Of a stretch of 21,992 bases of DNA, positions 15,023 through 21,992 are shown piece after piece; within the stretch, counting starts at the first letter, position 1, and each line of letters opens with the position of its first letter. The stretch is from assembly GCA_039208735.1 (NCBI GenBank), contig JBCCQY010000159.1:1-21992 (forward strand). Reading direction: 5' to 3'. This DNA comes from Myxococcota bacterium (GTDB taxonomy: Bacteria > Myxococcota_A > UBA796 > GCA-2862545). The notes beneath the pieces are model-generated. The model worked only from the letters and a program-made list of their open reading frames with translations. It was not told the origin of the DNA and ran no database searches. The translations under genes and the position numbers were made by a program.

Positions 15023-16072
15023 TTATGCGGTCGCGCGGGCCCCGGCCACCGCCGCTTCCGCGTCGGCTCGCTGATCGGCAAGGCTCTTCGCAAGCTTTGC
15101 CTGGCCCTGGGCCCGGATGAGGTTGTGCTCCCCACGACCGCCGAACCGTTCGTCCCAGCCAAAGTAAGATTCTTCGAGCGCGTCTTTCGCAAACCGAGCG
15201 GATAGCTCTAGCGCGATGCGTTCGGTGCAGGGCACGATGGAGGCCCATTCATCGTCGGTGGGGCCTCCGGCGCCCTTGGCTTCAGACTCAGCGACGCCTT
15301 TGGCGTAGCCTTCCATCGCGGCCCGAAACAGATTGACGTCAAAGCGTGCATCGAGCGCGTCTTCGGGGACTGGATTGCACCAGCTGCGCATGGCATCGCC
15401 AAGCTCAACGTCCAGCGTACGTCGCGCCAGGGTGTCGAGGTCGATGAGGGCGACGGCCTGGTCCTCGTCGAATCGGACGTTCGAGATTTTGAGGTCGCCG
15501 TGCACGACCCGTCGTGGCAGGTTGGTCGGCCCGCTCCACACCGACCATTGGCGGTGCAACGCCCGGGCGAGCGCCTTGACGTCGGCCGCGAGGCGGTGGT
15601 CGGGGAAGTCGTCAATCGCCTTGTTCATTGCGGCCATATGGCGGGCCGTGTCGTGCACGTCAGGCCGAACCATTTGGAACTCGTACTCGAGGTCGGTGGT
15701 GGCGGCGTGAAAGCGCGCGACCAGTGCGCCAGCGGAGCGAGCGTCCTCGAGGCGATCGAGCTTGTGAATGGTGCGATTGCCCACCACGGTCATCCGTCGC
15801 CAAACACCTTGGTCCCGGTCGGTCGCCCACAACTCACCCTTGCGGGTGCGCACGAGCTTGGGCGTGAGCATGCCCTTCCTCTCGAGCTGCGAGGTCACCG
15901 CTTCGATGTCGTGGTGAACAACGTCGCGGAAGATCTTGGTGTTGAGTTCTTGAAGGACGCCCAGCACCCCCGTGGTGCCGCGCACCCAGAACGTGCGGTT
16001 GATGAGCCCGGCGGGCACGTGCTCGGCGGTCACCGGCTCGCCCCAGTCCCAAGCGCTCAGCAGCTCCTGCAT
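15023..16072 (-). CDS. APH/choline-kinase-fold phosphotransferase, N-acetylhexosamine 1-kinase (NahK)-like
   Basis: GLINRT glycine loop, HGDLKISNVRF (Brenner motif), IDLDT, ELGDAMRSWCN, RF...YF...HNLIRAQGQ. Confidence 0.85.
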   Translation of the reverse strand: MQELLSAWDWGEPVTAEHVPAGLINRTFWVRGTTGVLGVLQELNTKIFRDVVHHDIEAVTSQLERKGMLTPKLVRTRKGELWATDRDQGVWRRMTVVGNRTIHKLDRLEDARSAGALVARFHAATTDLEYEFQMVRPDVHDTARHMAAMNKAIDDFPDHRLAADVKALARALHRQWSVWSGPTNLPRRVVHGDLKISNVRFDEDQAVALIDLDTLARRTLDVELGDAMRSWCNPVPEDALDARFDVNLFRAAMEGYAKGVAESEAKGAGGPTDDEWASIVPCTERIALELSARFAKDALEESYFGWDERFGGRGEHNLIRAQGQAKLAKSLADQRADAEAAVAGARATA

Positions 16073-16135
16073 GATCGGTCCCCTCTGTGGCCGTCCGGCC
16101 TCTTCGGATCTTGCGTCGCACAGTACCAGGCGGGA

Positions 16136-16918
16136 TCAGGGACGCTCGGTGAGGCCCCAGCCATCGGCCTGCTCGTCGATCGCCATGCAGTCGAGGGTGG
16201 GATCGATGCGCATCAGCACGAAGAAGGACTTTTCAGGCTGAGGCTCGTTGCCTGGGCCCTGGATCCGCAGCCAGACCGTCGAGGCGTCGAGGGTGTTGCT
16301 TTCGGTGTTGGTCTCGAAGGGGCCTGTCGCCATGTCGGCGTCGACCCAGTCGCCCACGAGGCGGGTGGTCGACCGTTGGGCGATGTAGACCTCGCCGGCC
16401 CCCAGGATGTCGTTGTCGATGAACACGGTCACGCCGGGTTCTCCGTCCTCATCGGTATCGACTACGCCGGGGTCGTCGGGCTCCTCGGGCAGCGGACCCG
16501 TCTCAATGTCCGTCCCCAGCAGATCGGCGTAAGGCCCGGCTTCGAACCCGGCCTCGTCGAGCTGGACGAGGGGCCGTTCCACGATGCCTCGACGCTCGGG
16601 AAAGTCAGCGGCGAACGTCCAGCGAGTGCCGAACACCTCGTTGCCCCACGTGGCGCAGAGCTGCTCTCGGTAGGTGACGTCGCCGGGCGTATAGACCATG
16701 CGCTTGAGTGCGTGGGTCTCGCTGTCGGCGGTGCCGCTACTGAACGGATTCGGGTTATCGGTCGCCTCGACAACTCGCTCATAGAGCGCGAAGACCTCGT
16801 CGGCCTTCTTTTGGGGGGGCGCCTCTGGGAAGTCCTCTGGACCCTCCAGGATCTCACCCGCCGTGGGTCCCTCCGTTGAGCTGCATGCCACGAGACCGAA
16901 GACCATCCACAACCGCAT
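16136..16918 (-). CDS. Hypothetical lipoprotein with a DxDxDG motif
   Basis: ATG 16918 with GGAGG RBS; MRLWMVFGLVAC lipobox; internal DTDEDGEPGVT; acidic composition. Confidence 0.75.
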   Translation of the reverse strand: MRLWMVFGLVACSSTEGPTAGEILEGPEDFPEAPPQKKADEVFALYERVVEATDNPNPFSSGTADSETHALKRMVYTPGDVTYREQLCATWGNEVFGTRWTFAADFPERRGIVERPLVQLDEAGFEAGPYADLLGTDIETGPLPEEPDDPGVVDTDEDGEPGVTVFIDNDILGAGEVYIAQRSTTRLVGDWVDADMATGPFETNTESNTLDASTVWLRIQGPGNEPQPEKSFFVLMRIDPTLDCMAIDEQADGWGLTERP

Positions 16919-16976
16919 CGGCAACCTCCGTCGGGGCGACCGCAGATCATAACGCTTCACCGATTCGCGTTGCGGC

Positions 16977-17303
16977 TTAGTCGTCGTCGAGGTCGTCGAG
17001 GGCGGCCTGGATTTCGGAGGTCGAACGGCGCGCATCGGGTGTACGAAGCCCTAAGAGGCGTTCGAGGCCCGTCGACCACGCGGCCCGGGCTGCCGTCACG
17101 TTGCCAGCTTCCGCCCAGAGTAAACCGTGCTGGTAGTGGCCGGCGCCCGATTGCGGATGGGCCTGGAGCAATTCTTCGAATGCGGCTTTGGCGAGGTCGA
17201 TTTCGCCGAGCTTTTTGTACTCGAGGGCCAACGAGTACATGGCAAACCGGTCTTGCGGATGTTTGCGAAGATGCGCTTGGAGTGAGTCGATGCGTTCGTT
17301 CAC
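16977..17303 (-). CDS. Small TPR protein
   Basis: GTGA overlap with the upstream gene. HPQDRFAMYSLALEY...AFEELLQAHP...GHYQHG...ARAAWSTGL is a TPR pattern. Confidence 0.85.
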   Translation of the reverse strand: MNERIDSLQAHLRKHPQDRFAMYSLALEYKKLGEIDLAKAAFEELLQAHPQSGAGHYQHGLLWAEAGNVTAARAAWSTGLERLLGLRTPDARRSTSEIQAALDDLDDD

Positions 17304-18019
17304 GAGCGGCTCTCCACCTCATCGCCAGGGCGCCACCGCCCATCGACCAGCCGTTCGTGCGGCCGATACTGGGCCTTGTAATTGAGGTGGCGGCAATCCT
17401 CGACGAAAAGGCCGAGGTAGAGGTAGCGACGTCCCGATTGGCGGCACAGCTCGACTTCGCGCAACGCCGAATACACCCCGGGCGAAAGCTTGCTTCGGTT
17501 GGGGTCGAAGTAGAAGTAGACCGAACTCGCGGAGATGCGGCCTAGGTCGACAATGCCCACGCCAATGAGTTCTTCGTCGAAGAAGTACCGCATCTCGATG
17601 GTGAACACGCAGGACTGGACGAGCCAGCTGACGTAGCCAAGCGGCGTCATCTCGCCATCGTCGTCGGCGACCAGGCCCCGCTCGCGCTTGTGCCGGTTGA
17701 ACAGGTCGAGTTTGTCGTCATCGAAGGTGACGGGGCCAATCTCGACGCGGCCACGTGCCGCCCACTTGTTCCACACGCGTCGTTGTGACTTCGATGGCTT
17801 GAAATCCGCGACGGGAACCCGAATTCCCTCACAGGCATTGCAGGTCGGACACTCAGTTCGGTAGAGACACGCACCAACGCGCCGTTCTGCGTTTTCAAAG
17901 CGCAGATCGGTCTCGTCGAGCGACAGGCGACGCAACTGCCGGTACAGCGGCATTCGTGCGACGCGCCCCTCCAAGTACGGGCACCGCTGCAGTCCGTCAT
18001 AGACGAGCTTCTGCGTCAT
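17300..18019 (-). CDS. bpt: Arginyl-tRNA-protein transferase family (bacterial Bpt, Asp/Glu-specific leucyltransferase)
   Basis: CPYL, RRVGACLYRTECPTCNACEGIRV, SKSQRRV, SSVYFYFDP...LSPGVYSALREV...YLYLG...YKAQYRPHE. Confidence 0.92.
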   Translation of the reverse strand: MTQKLVYDGLQRCPYLEGRVARMPLYRQLRRLSLDETDLRFENAERRVGACLYRTECPTCNACEGIRVPVADFKPSKSQRRVWNKWAARGRVEIGPVTFDDDKLDLFNRHKRERGLVADDDGEMTPLGYVSWLVQSCVFTIEMRYFFDEELIGVGIVDLGRISASSVYFYFDPNRSKLSPGVYSALREVELCRQSGRRYLYLGLFVEDCRHLNYKAQYRPHERLVDGRWRPGDEVESRS

Positions 18020-18083
18020 GGCTCTCCGCTACGCTCCACCCCGCTCCCTAACGTCTGGCGGGCCCGTTCGGCGTCCCGGTCGG

Positions 18084-19079
18084 TCAGCCTTTGGGCGCGA
18101 GCACAACCAGCTTCCCGACCGCCTCATTGCTCTCCATCACCCGGTGGGCCCGCGGAAGCTCCTCAAACGGGAACGTTTCGTGAATGGTCGGGCGATAGCG
18201 TCCTGCCTCTACTCGTCGGACGATCTCGGCGAGCCAAGGCTCGTCTTTGGGAGCTTCAACGAGGTCGCTCCGTGTGAAGCCCGTCGTTACTGCGTCGGGG
18301 ACCACCGGGGCTTGATCAGACGTCCAGCTCTCGGCCAGCTGTCCGACCATTTGAATGTGTCCGCCTTCGGGCAGGGTCGCCGCATTCGACTCGATGGCTT
18401 CACGTGAACCCACCCCATCGACCACCGCTTGCATCGCACCATGGTCGGCGAGGACGCGGGCTGCTAAATCGGGTCCATCGAGAATCACGCCGGTCAAACG
18501 GGACCGAGACTCGAGGAGCCCAACCTTTTTGGGGTTGCGCGTCGTCCCGAAGACGTGACACCCGCGGTCGGCGAGGATCTGGGTCACGGCCATGCCCAGG
18601 GCCGAGGTAGCGGCCCGCACCAACACCTTGTCACCGGCCTGGGCAGGCAACGCTTCGGTGACCCCCCACGCCGTGTTGTAGGTCTCCGGGATGGACCCAA
18701 AATCTGCTGCGGAGAGCTGGTTTTCTGCAACGAACACCTGCTTGCGAGGAGCAAGGACGTGGCTTGCGTAGCCCCCGTCGAAGGCCCGCCCCAGGCCGCC
18801 CATCATGCACATCACGCGCGTGTTCTGCGCGATCCCGGCGTCGGACGGATCGAGCACGCGACCGACACATTCAAGGCCGAGTACCCTTGGATAGGAGAAG
18901 TCCGCTGACGACATCCCTCGGCGCGAGAACAGCTCGGATCGATTGAGTCCGAAGGCTTCGACTTGCACGAGGACCCACCCTGGCTTCACCGCGGGCAGGG
19001 GACGTTCCACCCGTTGGAACGCCGAAGCGTCTCCTGGGCCTTCCAACCACCAGACGCTCTGCACGACCGTCTCCGTCAA
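18084..19079 (-). CDS. MDR-family NADPH:quinone oxidoreductase-like (zinc-binding dehydrogenase superfamily)
   Basis: TTGA overlap start. VLVQVEAFGLNRSE, PRVLGLECVG, FDGGYA, VLVRAATSALG, AHRVMESNEAVGKLVV. Confidence 0.9.
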   Translation of the reverse strand: MTETVVQSVWWLEGPGDASAFQRVERPLPAVKPGWVLVQVEAFGLNRSELFSRRGMSSADFSYPRVLGLECVGRVLDPSDAGIAQNTRVMCMMGGLGRAFDGGYASHVLAPRKQVFVAENQLSAADFGSIPETYNTAWGVTEALPAQAGDKVLVRAATSALGMAVTQILADRGCHVFGTTRNPKKVGLLESRSRLTGVILDGPDLAARVLADHGAMQAVVDGVGSREAIESNAATLPEGGHIQMVGQLAESWTSDQAPVVPDAVTTGFTRSDLVEAPKDEPWLAEIVRRVEAGRYRPTIHETFPFEELPRAHRVMESNEAVGKLVVLAPKG

Positions 19080-20383
19080 CGAATGATCAGCGGGTAGACA
19101 AACGAGGTTCCCTTACCCGTGGACTTGGGGAATTCGATGCCACGAATGGCCTTGGCCAGACATTTCTCGAGCTTCGAGCCTACGAACCGGTCGGGCCCGT
19201 TCACCTTGACCTCGCGAGCCTTGCCGTTGGGCGAGATCGTGAACGCTACGTCGACGCGAGAAGGCAGCGTATTCGTGCGGAACATGGGCACGAAACAGCG
19301 TTTGACATCGAGGTTGTTTTCGACCAAGGGCTGAACGGCTTCGACGGGCAATCCTGTCGGATTTCGGTTCTCGGCGGTCTCGGCCTCGTCGGCCGGTGTG
19401 GGAGGCGGCAAGGGGGGCGGCGTGCGGGCCCAGATGTGGTTCGAGGCGAGGGCGAAGCGTGCCGACACGATCGAAAGGGCCACCACCGAGGCGAGTGCGG
19501 CGCTGGTGGAGAGCGAGAAAAAGATGCGAGCCGGGCGTTGGCCGCGTCGACCCGTGATCATCACGAGCAGCGAGAGCAACACGCCCCCAACCACCATGCC
19601 GCTTCCGGCAAACACGACCACGGGGTGGTCTACGATCAGCGTTGCAAGCCCGACAAGAATGCCGACGCCCGCAACGCCAAGGCCCACCAAGCTCCACGCC
19701 ACATCCATGGCCGGGTTGTGAGGCTGAAGGGCGGGCCCGGTCATCCGGGGGTCGGGTCCGGGCACCGACTGCGGGCGCGCCACCCGGCCCGACTGAGGCG
19801 CCAACGACCGTCGCTCCATCGAGGGCGGGTTCGGTTGCCGGGTCATCGACGGAGCGGGCCGACGGGGCATCGAGGGGTGGCTCGGATTCCGGGCGGGGAA
19901 CCCGGGAGCGGAGGGCATGGACGGATGACTACGGGGGCTCGGTGCCCGCACTGCGGTTTCGGACTCCGCACTGGCGATCGAAGACAGGTTGGGTCCCAGT
20001 CCATGGCCCTCAACGTCCTGGATGGGGGCGGTCTCGGGATCGAGCTTGGGCGGAGGCGCCATCGAGGTCAGGCTGCCCGGTGCAGCCGCGCGGCCCCGAG
20101 CGGGAGGACTAGAGCGATTGGGATTGGACCGCCCCGGGCTGGAGCGACCCGGACTGGAGCGGCCGGAACCCGTTCGCTCGGGTCGTCCCGCATCGGTGGC
20201 GCCTGCCTTCTTGGGCGGCACCGCGGACACGAGCGTGCGCTGATCGGGATCGTGCCCCGGTTTCGGCCGAGGGATCATCAACCGGAAGCCACACCCCCGG
20301 CAAACGGCCTTGTTGATGGGCTTCTGAAGCTTTTCATCCGGGACGCGGTACGCGGACCGGCAGTTGTCGCAAACGACCTTCAT
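19076..20383 (-). CDS. MJ0042-type zinc-ribbon / Pro-rich linker / 3 TM / AgmX-PglI (TonB-C-like) C-terminal domain protein
   Basis: MKVVCDNCRSAYRVPDEKL...AVCRGCG; long P/S/R linker; three TM segments. C-terminus VKRCF...VDVAFTISPNG...LEKCLAKAIRGIEFP...FVYPL. Confidence 0.85.
   Translation of the reverse strand: MKVVCDNCRSAYRVPDEKLQKPINKAVCRGCGFRLMIPRPKPGHDPDQRTLVSAVPPKKAGATDAGRPERTGSGRSSPGRSSPGRSNPNRSSPPARGRAAAPGSLTSMAPPPKLDPETAPIQDVEGHGLGPNLSSIASAESETAVRAPSPRSHPSMPSAPGFPARNPSHPSMPRRPAPSMTRQPNPPSMERRSLAPQSGRVARPQSVPGPDPRMTGPALQPHNPAMDVAWSLVGLGVAGVGILVGLATLIVDHPVVVFAGSGMVVGGVLLSLLVMITGRRGQRPARIFFSLSTSAALASVVALSIVSARFALASNHIWARTPPPLPPPTPADEAETAENRNPTGLPVEAVQPLVENNLDVKRCFVPMFRTNTLPSRVDVAFTISPNGKAREVKVNGPDRFVGSKLEKCLAKAIRGIEFPKSTGKGTSFVYPLIIR
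20106..20164 (-). repeat. Four imperfect 15-nt tandem repeats encoding GRSSP-GRSSP-GRSNP-NRSSP
   Basis: Visible in both the translation and the DNA (ggactagagcg / ggattggaccg / gggctggagcg / ggactggagcg). Confidence 0.75.
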
Positions 20384-20521
20384 GTCCACCCAGGGCTTCG
20401 GCAGGACCGTCGCCGCACGGACCATCTTCGGGACCGGAGCCCCGATCGTTGATCCTCGTGCGGGCCCTCCTTGACCGGATCGGCGCAGCTGCGCAAGGGC
20501 TTGACGGTCATTCGGGACGCT

Positions 20522-20986
20522 TCAGGCGCCTGGACTGTGGCACGCAATGCGCGTGAGCACGACGTGGGAAGGGGGCGCTCCGCCATCGTCGCTCACGACA
20601 TCAATCACCGACGGTGCCCGCAGGTGTCCGGTGAGGTGGTCGGCAAGGTAAGGTCGAACCCGACCACATCGTCGCTCGATCCGGTCGACGGCGAGCGCCT
20701 CGAAGTCAAGTTTCCCGTCGAGGAATGTCCCGGTTGCGGATTGATGAGCGATGAACTGATCATGGGCGTAGTCCGTGCATCGTGGCGGGGTGCGATCGGG
20801 GGTGCCCCAAAAATGGCCGAGGATCGTTCCTTGAAGGATCCCCTCCGCTGGCGAATGGACTTGCACGGTGTAATGCAGCCATCCGCTTGGTCGGCGCTCG
20901 ATGCCTACCCACGTCCCTTGGATGGGATCCGGGCATTCGGCGGGTTTGGGGACGGAGAGTCCCGTGATGGCCGCGAGCAACATCAT
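20522..20986 (-). CDS. Small hypothetical exported protein (4 Cys, beta-rich)
   Basis: GGAGG upstream; hydrophobic N-terminus; begins about 30 nt after the SIR2 gene stop on the same strand. Confidence 0.6.
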   Translation of the reverse strand: MMLLAAITGLSVPKPAECPDPIQGTWVGIERRPSGWLHYTVQVHSPAEGILQGTILGHFWGTPDRTPPRCTDYAHDQFIAHQSATGTFLDGKLDFEALAVDRIERRCGRVRPYLADHLTGHLRAPSVIDVVSDDGGAPPSHVVLTRIACHSPGA

Positions 20987-21015
20987 GGGATCGCGTAACC
21001 CAACCTCCGGGCCCT

Positions 21016-21992
21016 TCAGTGGGTGTGACTTCCGAGATCGGCAAGCAAGGCGTAGACACGCGCAAAGGACGTCGCCACTGGGTCATCGGCGGCGGGTCGA
21101 GGCTGGCGCTTCATCCACTCTCGGACCGGTTCGAGGATGGCGCGAAGCTCGACTTCTCCGGGGGACAGGACCGCGTCGAACCTGGGGTTGAGGAGATGGC
21201 TCGGCGTTGCCGCAAGAAACGACAGGTAGTCTAAGAAAATTTCGAAGCGACGCGCGGCTCGATGGATCGTCGCTTCGGGACTCGCCAGCGAGAGCCAGCG
21301 GAGGTCATCTCCCCACAGCTGCTCGATGAGTGGATTGGGGAACAGGGACACGACGGTGCCGAGGCGCTCGCGCTCCGAACCGGCGAGGGCGCGCCGCACG
21401 GCATCGACGATGCGGTGGAAGTTGTCGTCGTCGAGCGAAAATCCCACGAACAGCATGTGCCGGGTGATCAGCATGGCCTGCACGATACCGGCCAGGGCCG
21501 CATTGCGTTCCGCGTAGCGGACATAGTGCTGGCGGGTGAGCACAATGTCGTCGGGCGCGCTCACGCACCCATGCATCTTGAGCAGCCAACGTTGGGCTTG
21601 AGTGGCGGGTGCGTACGGCAAACGTGCCACCGGGCGCCCAATTGCCGCACACGCACGTTCGAAGCAATCATCGTAGTTGGTGGTGATGAACTCGGAGACC
21701 GGAAGGCCGGCCAACAGCGCGTGTCCGAGCCCCAACGCATCTCCGATGTCGAGACAGTCTCGCACGTGAGGGCCGAGGGCTGCGGCACCAAATCGACGAG
21801 CGATGAGTTCAGCTTGATCGAGTGGACCCAAGCGGCGCAATCCTTCGCGATCCGCTTCGTCGAAGCCGGCTCGGATGGCCAGCTGAGCGAGCAGCTCGGG
21901 CCAGGTGGGAAGCCCCGCCGAGGCCGAAACGCCAGCCCCGAAGAACACCGAGAGGCGACCCTGGGAGGCTCGGGTCGCAAGATGTTTGGCGC
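21016..21992 (-). CDS. SIR2-like (SIR2_2) domain protein; N-terminus lies beyond the right edge
   Basis: The frame is open to the edge (AKHLATRASQGRLSVFFGAGVSASAGLPTW). Motifs GAGVS, FITTNYD, LLKMHG, DIVLTRQHY and MLFVGFSLDDDNF. No CxxC zinc module of classical CobB deacylases. Confidence 0.9.
   Translation of the reverse strand, partial: AKHLATRASQGRLSVFFGAGVSASAGLPTWPELLAQLAIRAGFDEADREGLRRLGPLDQAELIARRFGAAALGPHVRDCLDIGDALGLGHALLAGLPVSEFITTNYDDCFERACAAIGRPVARLPYAPATQAQRWLLKMHGCVSAPDDIVLTRQHYVRYAERNAALAGIVQAMLITRHMLFVGFSLDDDNFHRIVDAVRRALAGSERERLGTVVSLFPNPLIEQLWGDDLRWLSLASPEATIHRAARRFEIFLDYLSFLAATPSHLLNPRFDAVLSPGEVELRAILEPVREWMKRQPRPAADDPVATSFARVYALLADLGSHTH

Noticed and set aside
15023..16072. 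Aminoglycoside resistance gene
   Set aside because: It shares only the APH fold. The motifs fit sugar kinases better and there is no mobile context.
173..20998. Many long alternative-frame ORFs (e.g. 173..796+, 1594..2460+, 2408..3430+, 4339..5424-, 5978..7117-, 15500..16879+, 19436..20452+, 20471..20998+)
   Set aside because: They are antisense or shifted shadows of recognisable genes, expected in high-GC DNA, and have no motifs.
7095..21992. Functional link between the tail tube gene and the SIR2 protein, by analogy with DSR2 sensing phage tail tubes
   Set aside because: They are 13 kb apart on opposite strands with unrelated genes between. The SIR2 protein lacks the large C-terminal sensor region of DSR2.

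Overview
High-GC bacterial chromosomal window, densely coded with about 26 genes. The host is probably a Myxococcota-like organism, inferred from an MJ0042-finger/AgmX-PglI-type membrane protein, an OmpA/MotB lipoprotein and many small exported hypothetical proteins. In order: iscS-like cysteine desulfurase (cut by the left edge), membrane hypothetical, FabL/FabI-type enoyl-ACP reductase, PpiC lipoprotein, DUF1062 protein, thioredoxin-TPR protein, thioesterase, exported hypothetical, a T4-gp19/eCIS-type tail TUBE protein fused to five acidic DxDxDG repeats, FMN glutamate-synthase-family protein, rpmG and rpsD (both zinc-ligand-free forms, outside their usual operons), a TetR gene with a palindromic operator and two target genes, OmpA/MotB lipoprotein, NTF2-like protein, TlpA lipoprotein, NahK/APH-like kinase, lipoprotein, TPR protein, Bpt/ATE transferase, MDR oxidoreductase, AgmX/PglI-like protein, small exported protein, and a SIR2_2 protein (cut by the right edge). 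I found no tRNA, rRNA, CRISPR array, integrase or transposase. The strongest novelty candidate is the orphan contractile-injection tube gene with a repeat tail. Next are the Zn-free L33+S4 pair and candidate structured leader RNAs upstream of rpsD and the DUF1062 gene. All family calls come from motif recognition by eye, not from database searches.
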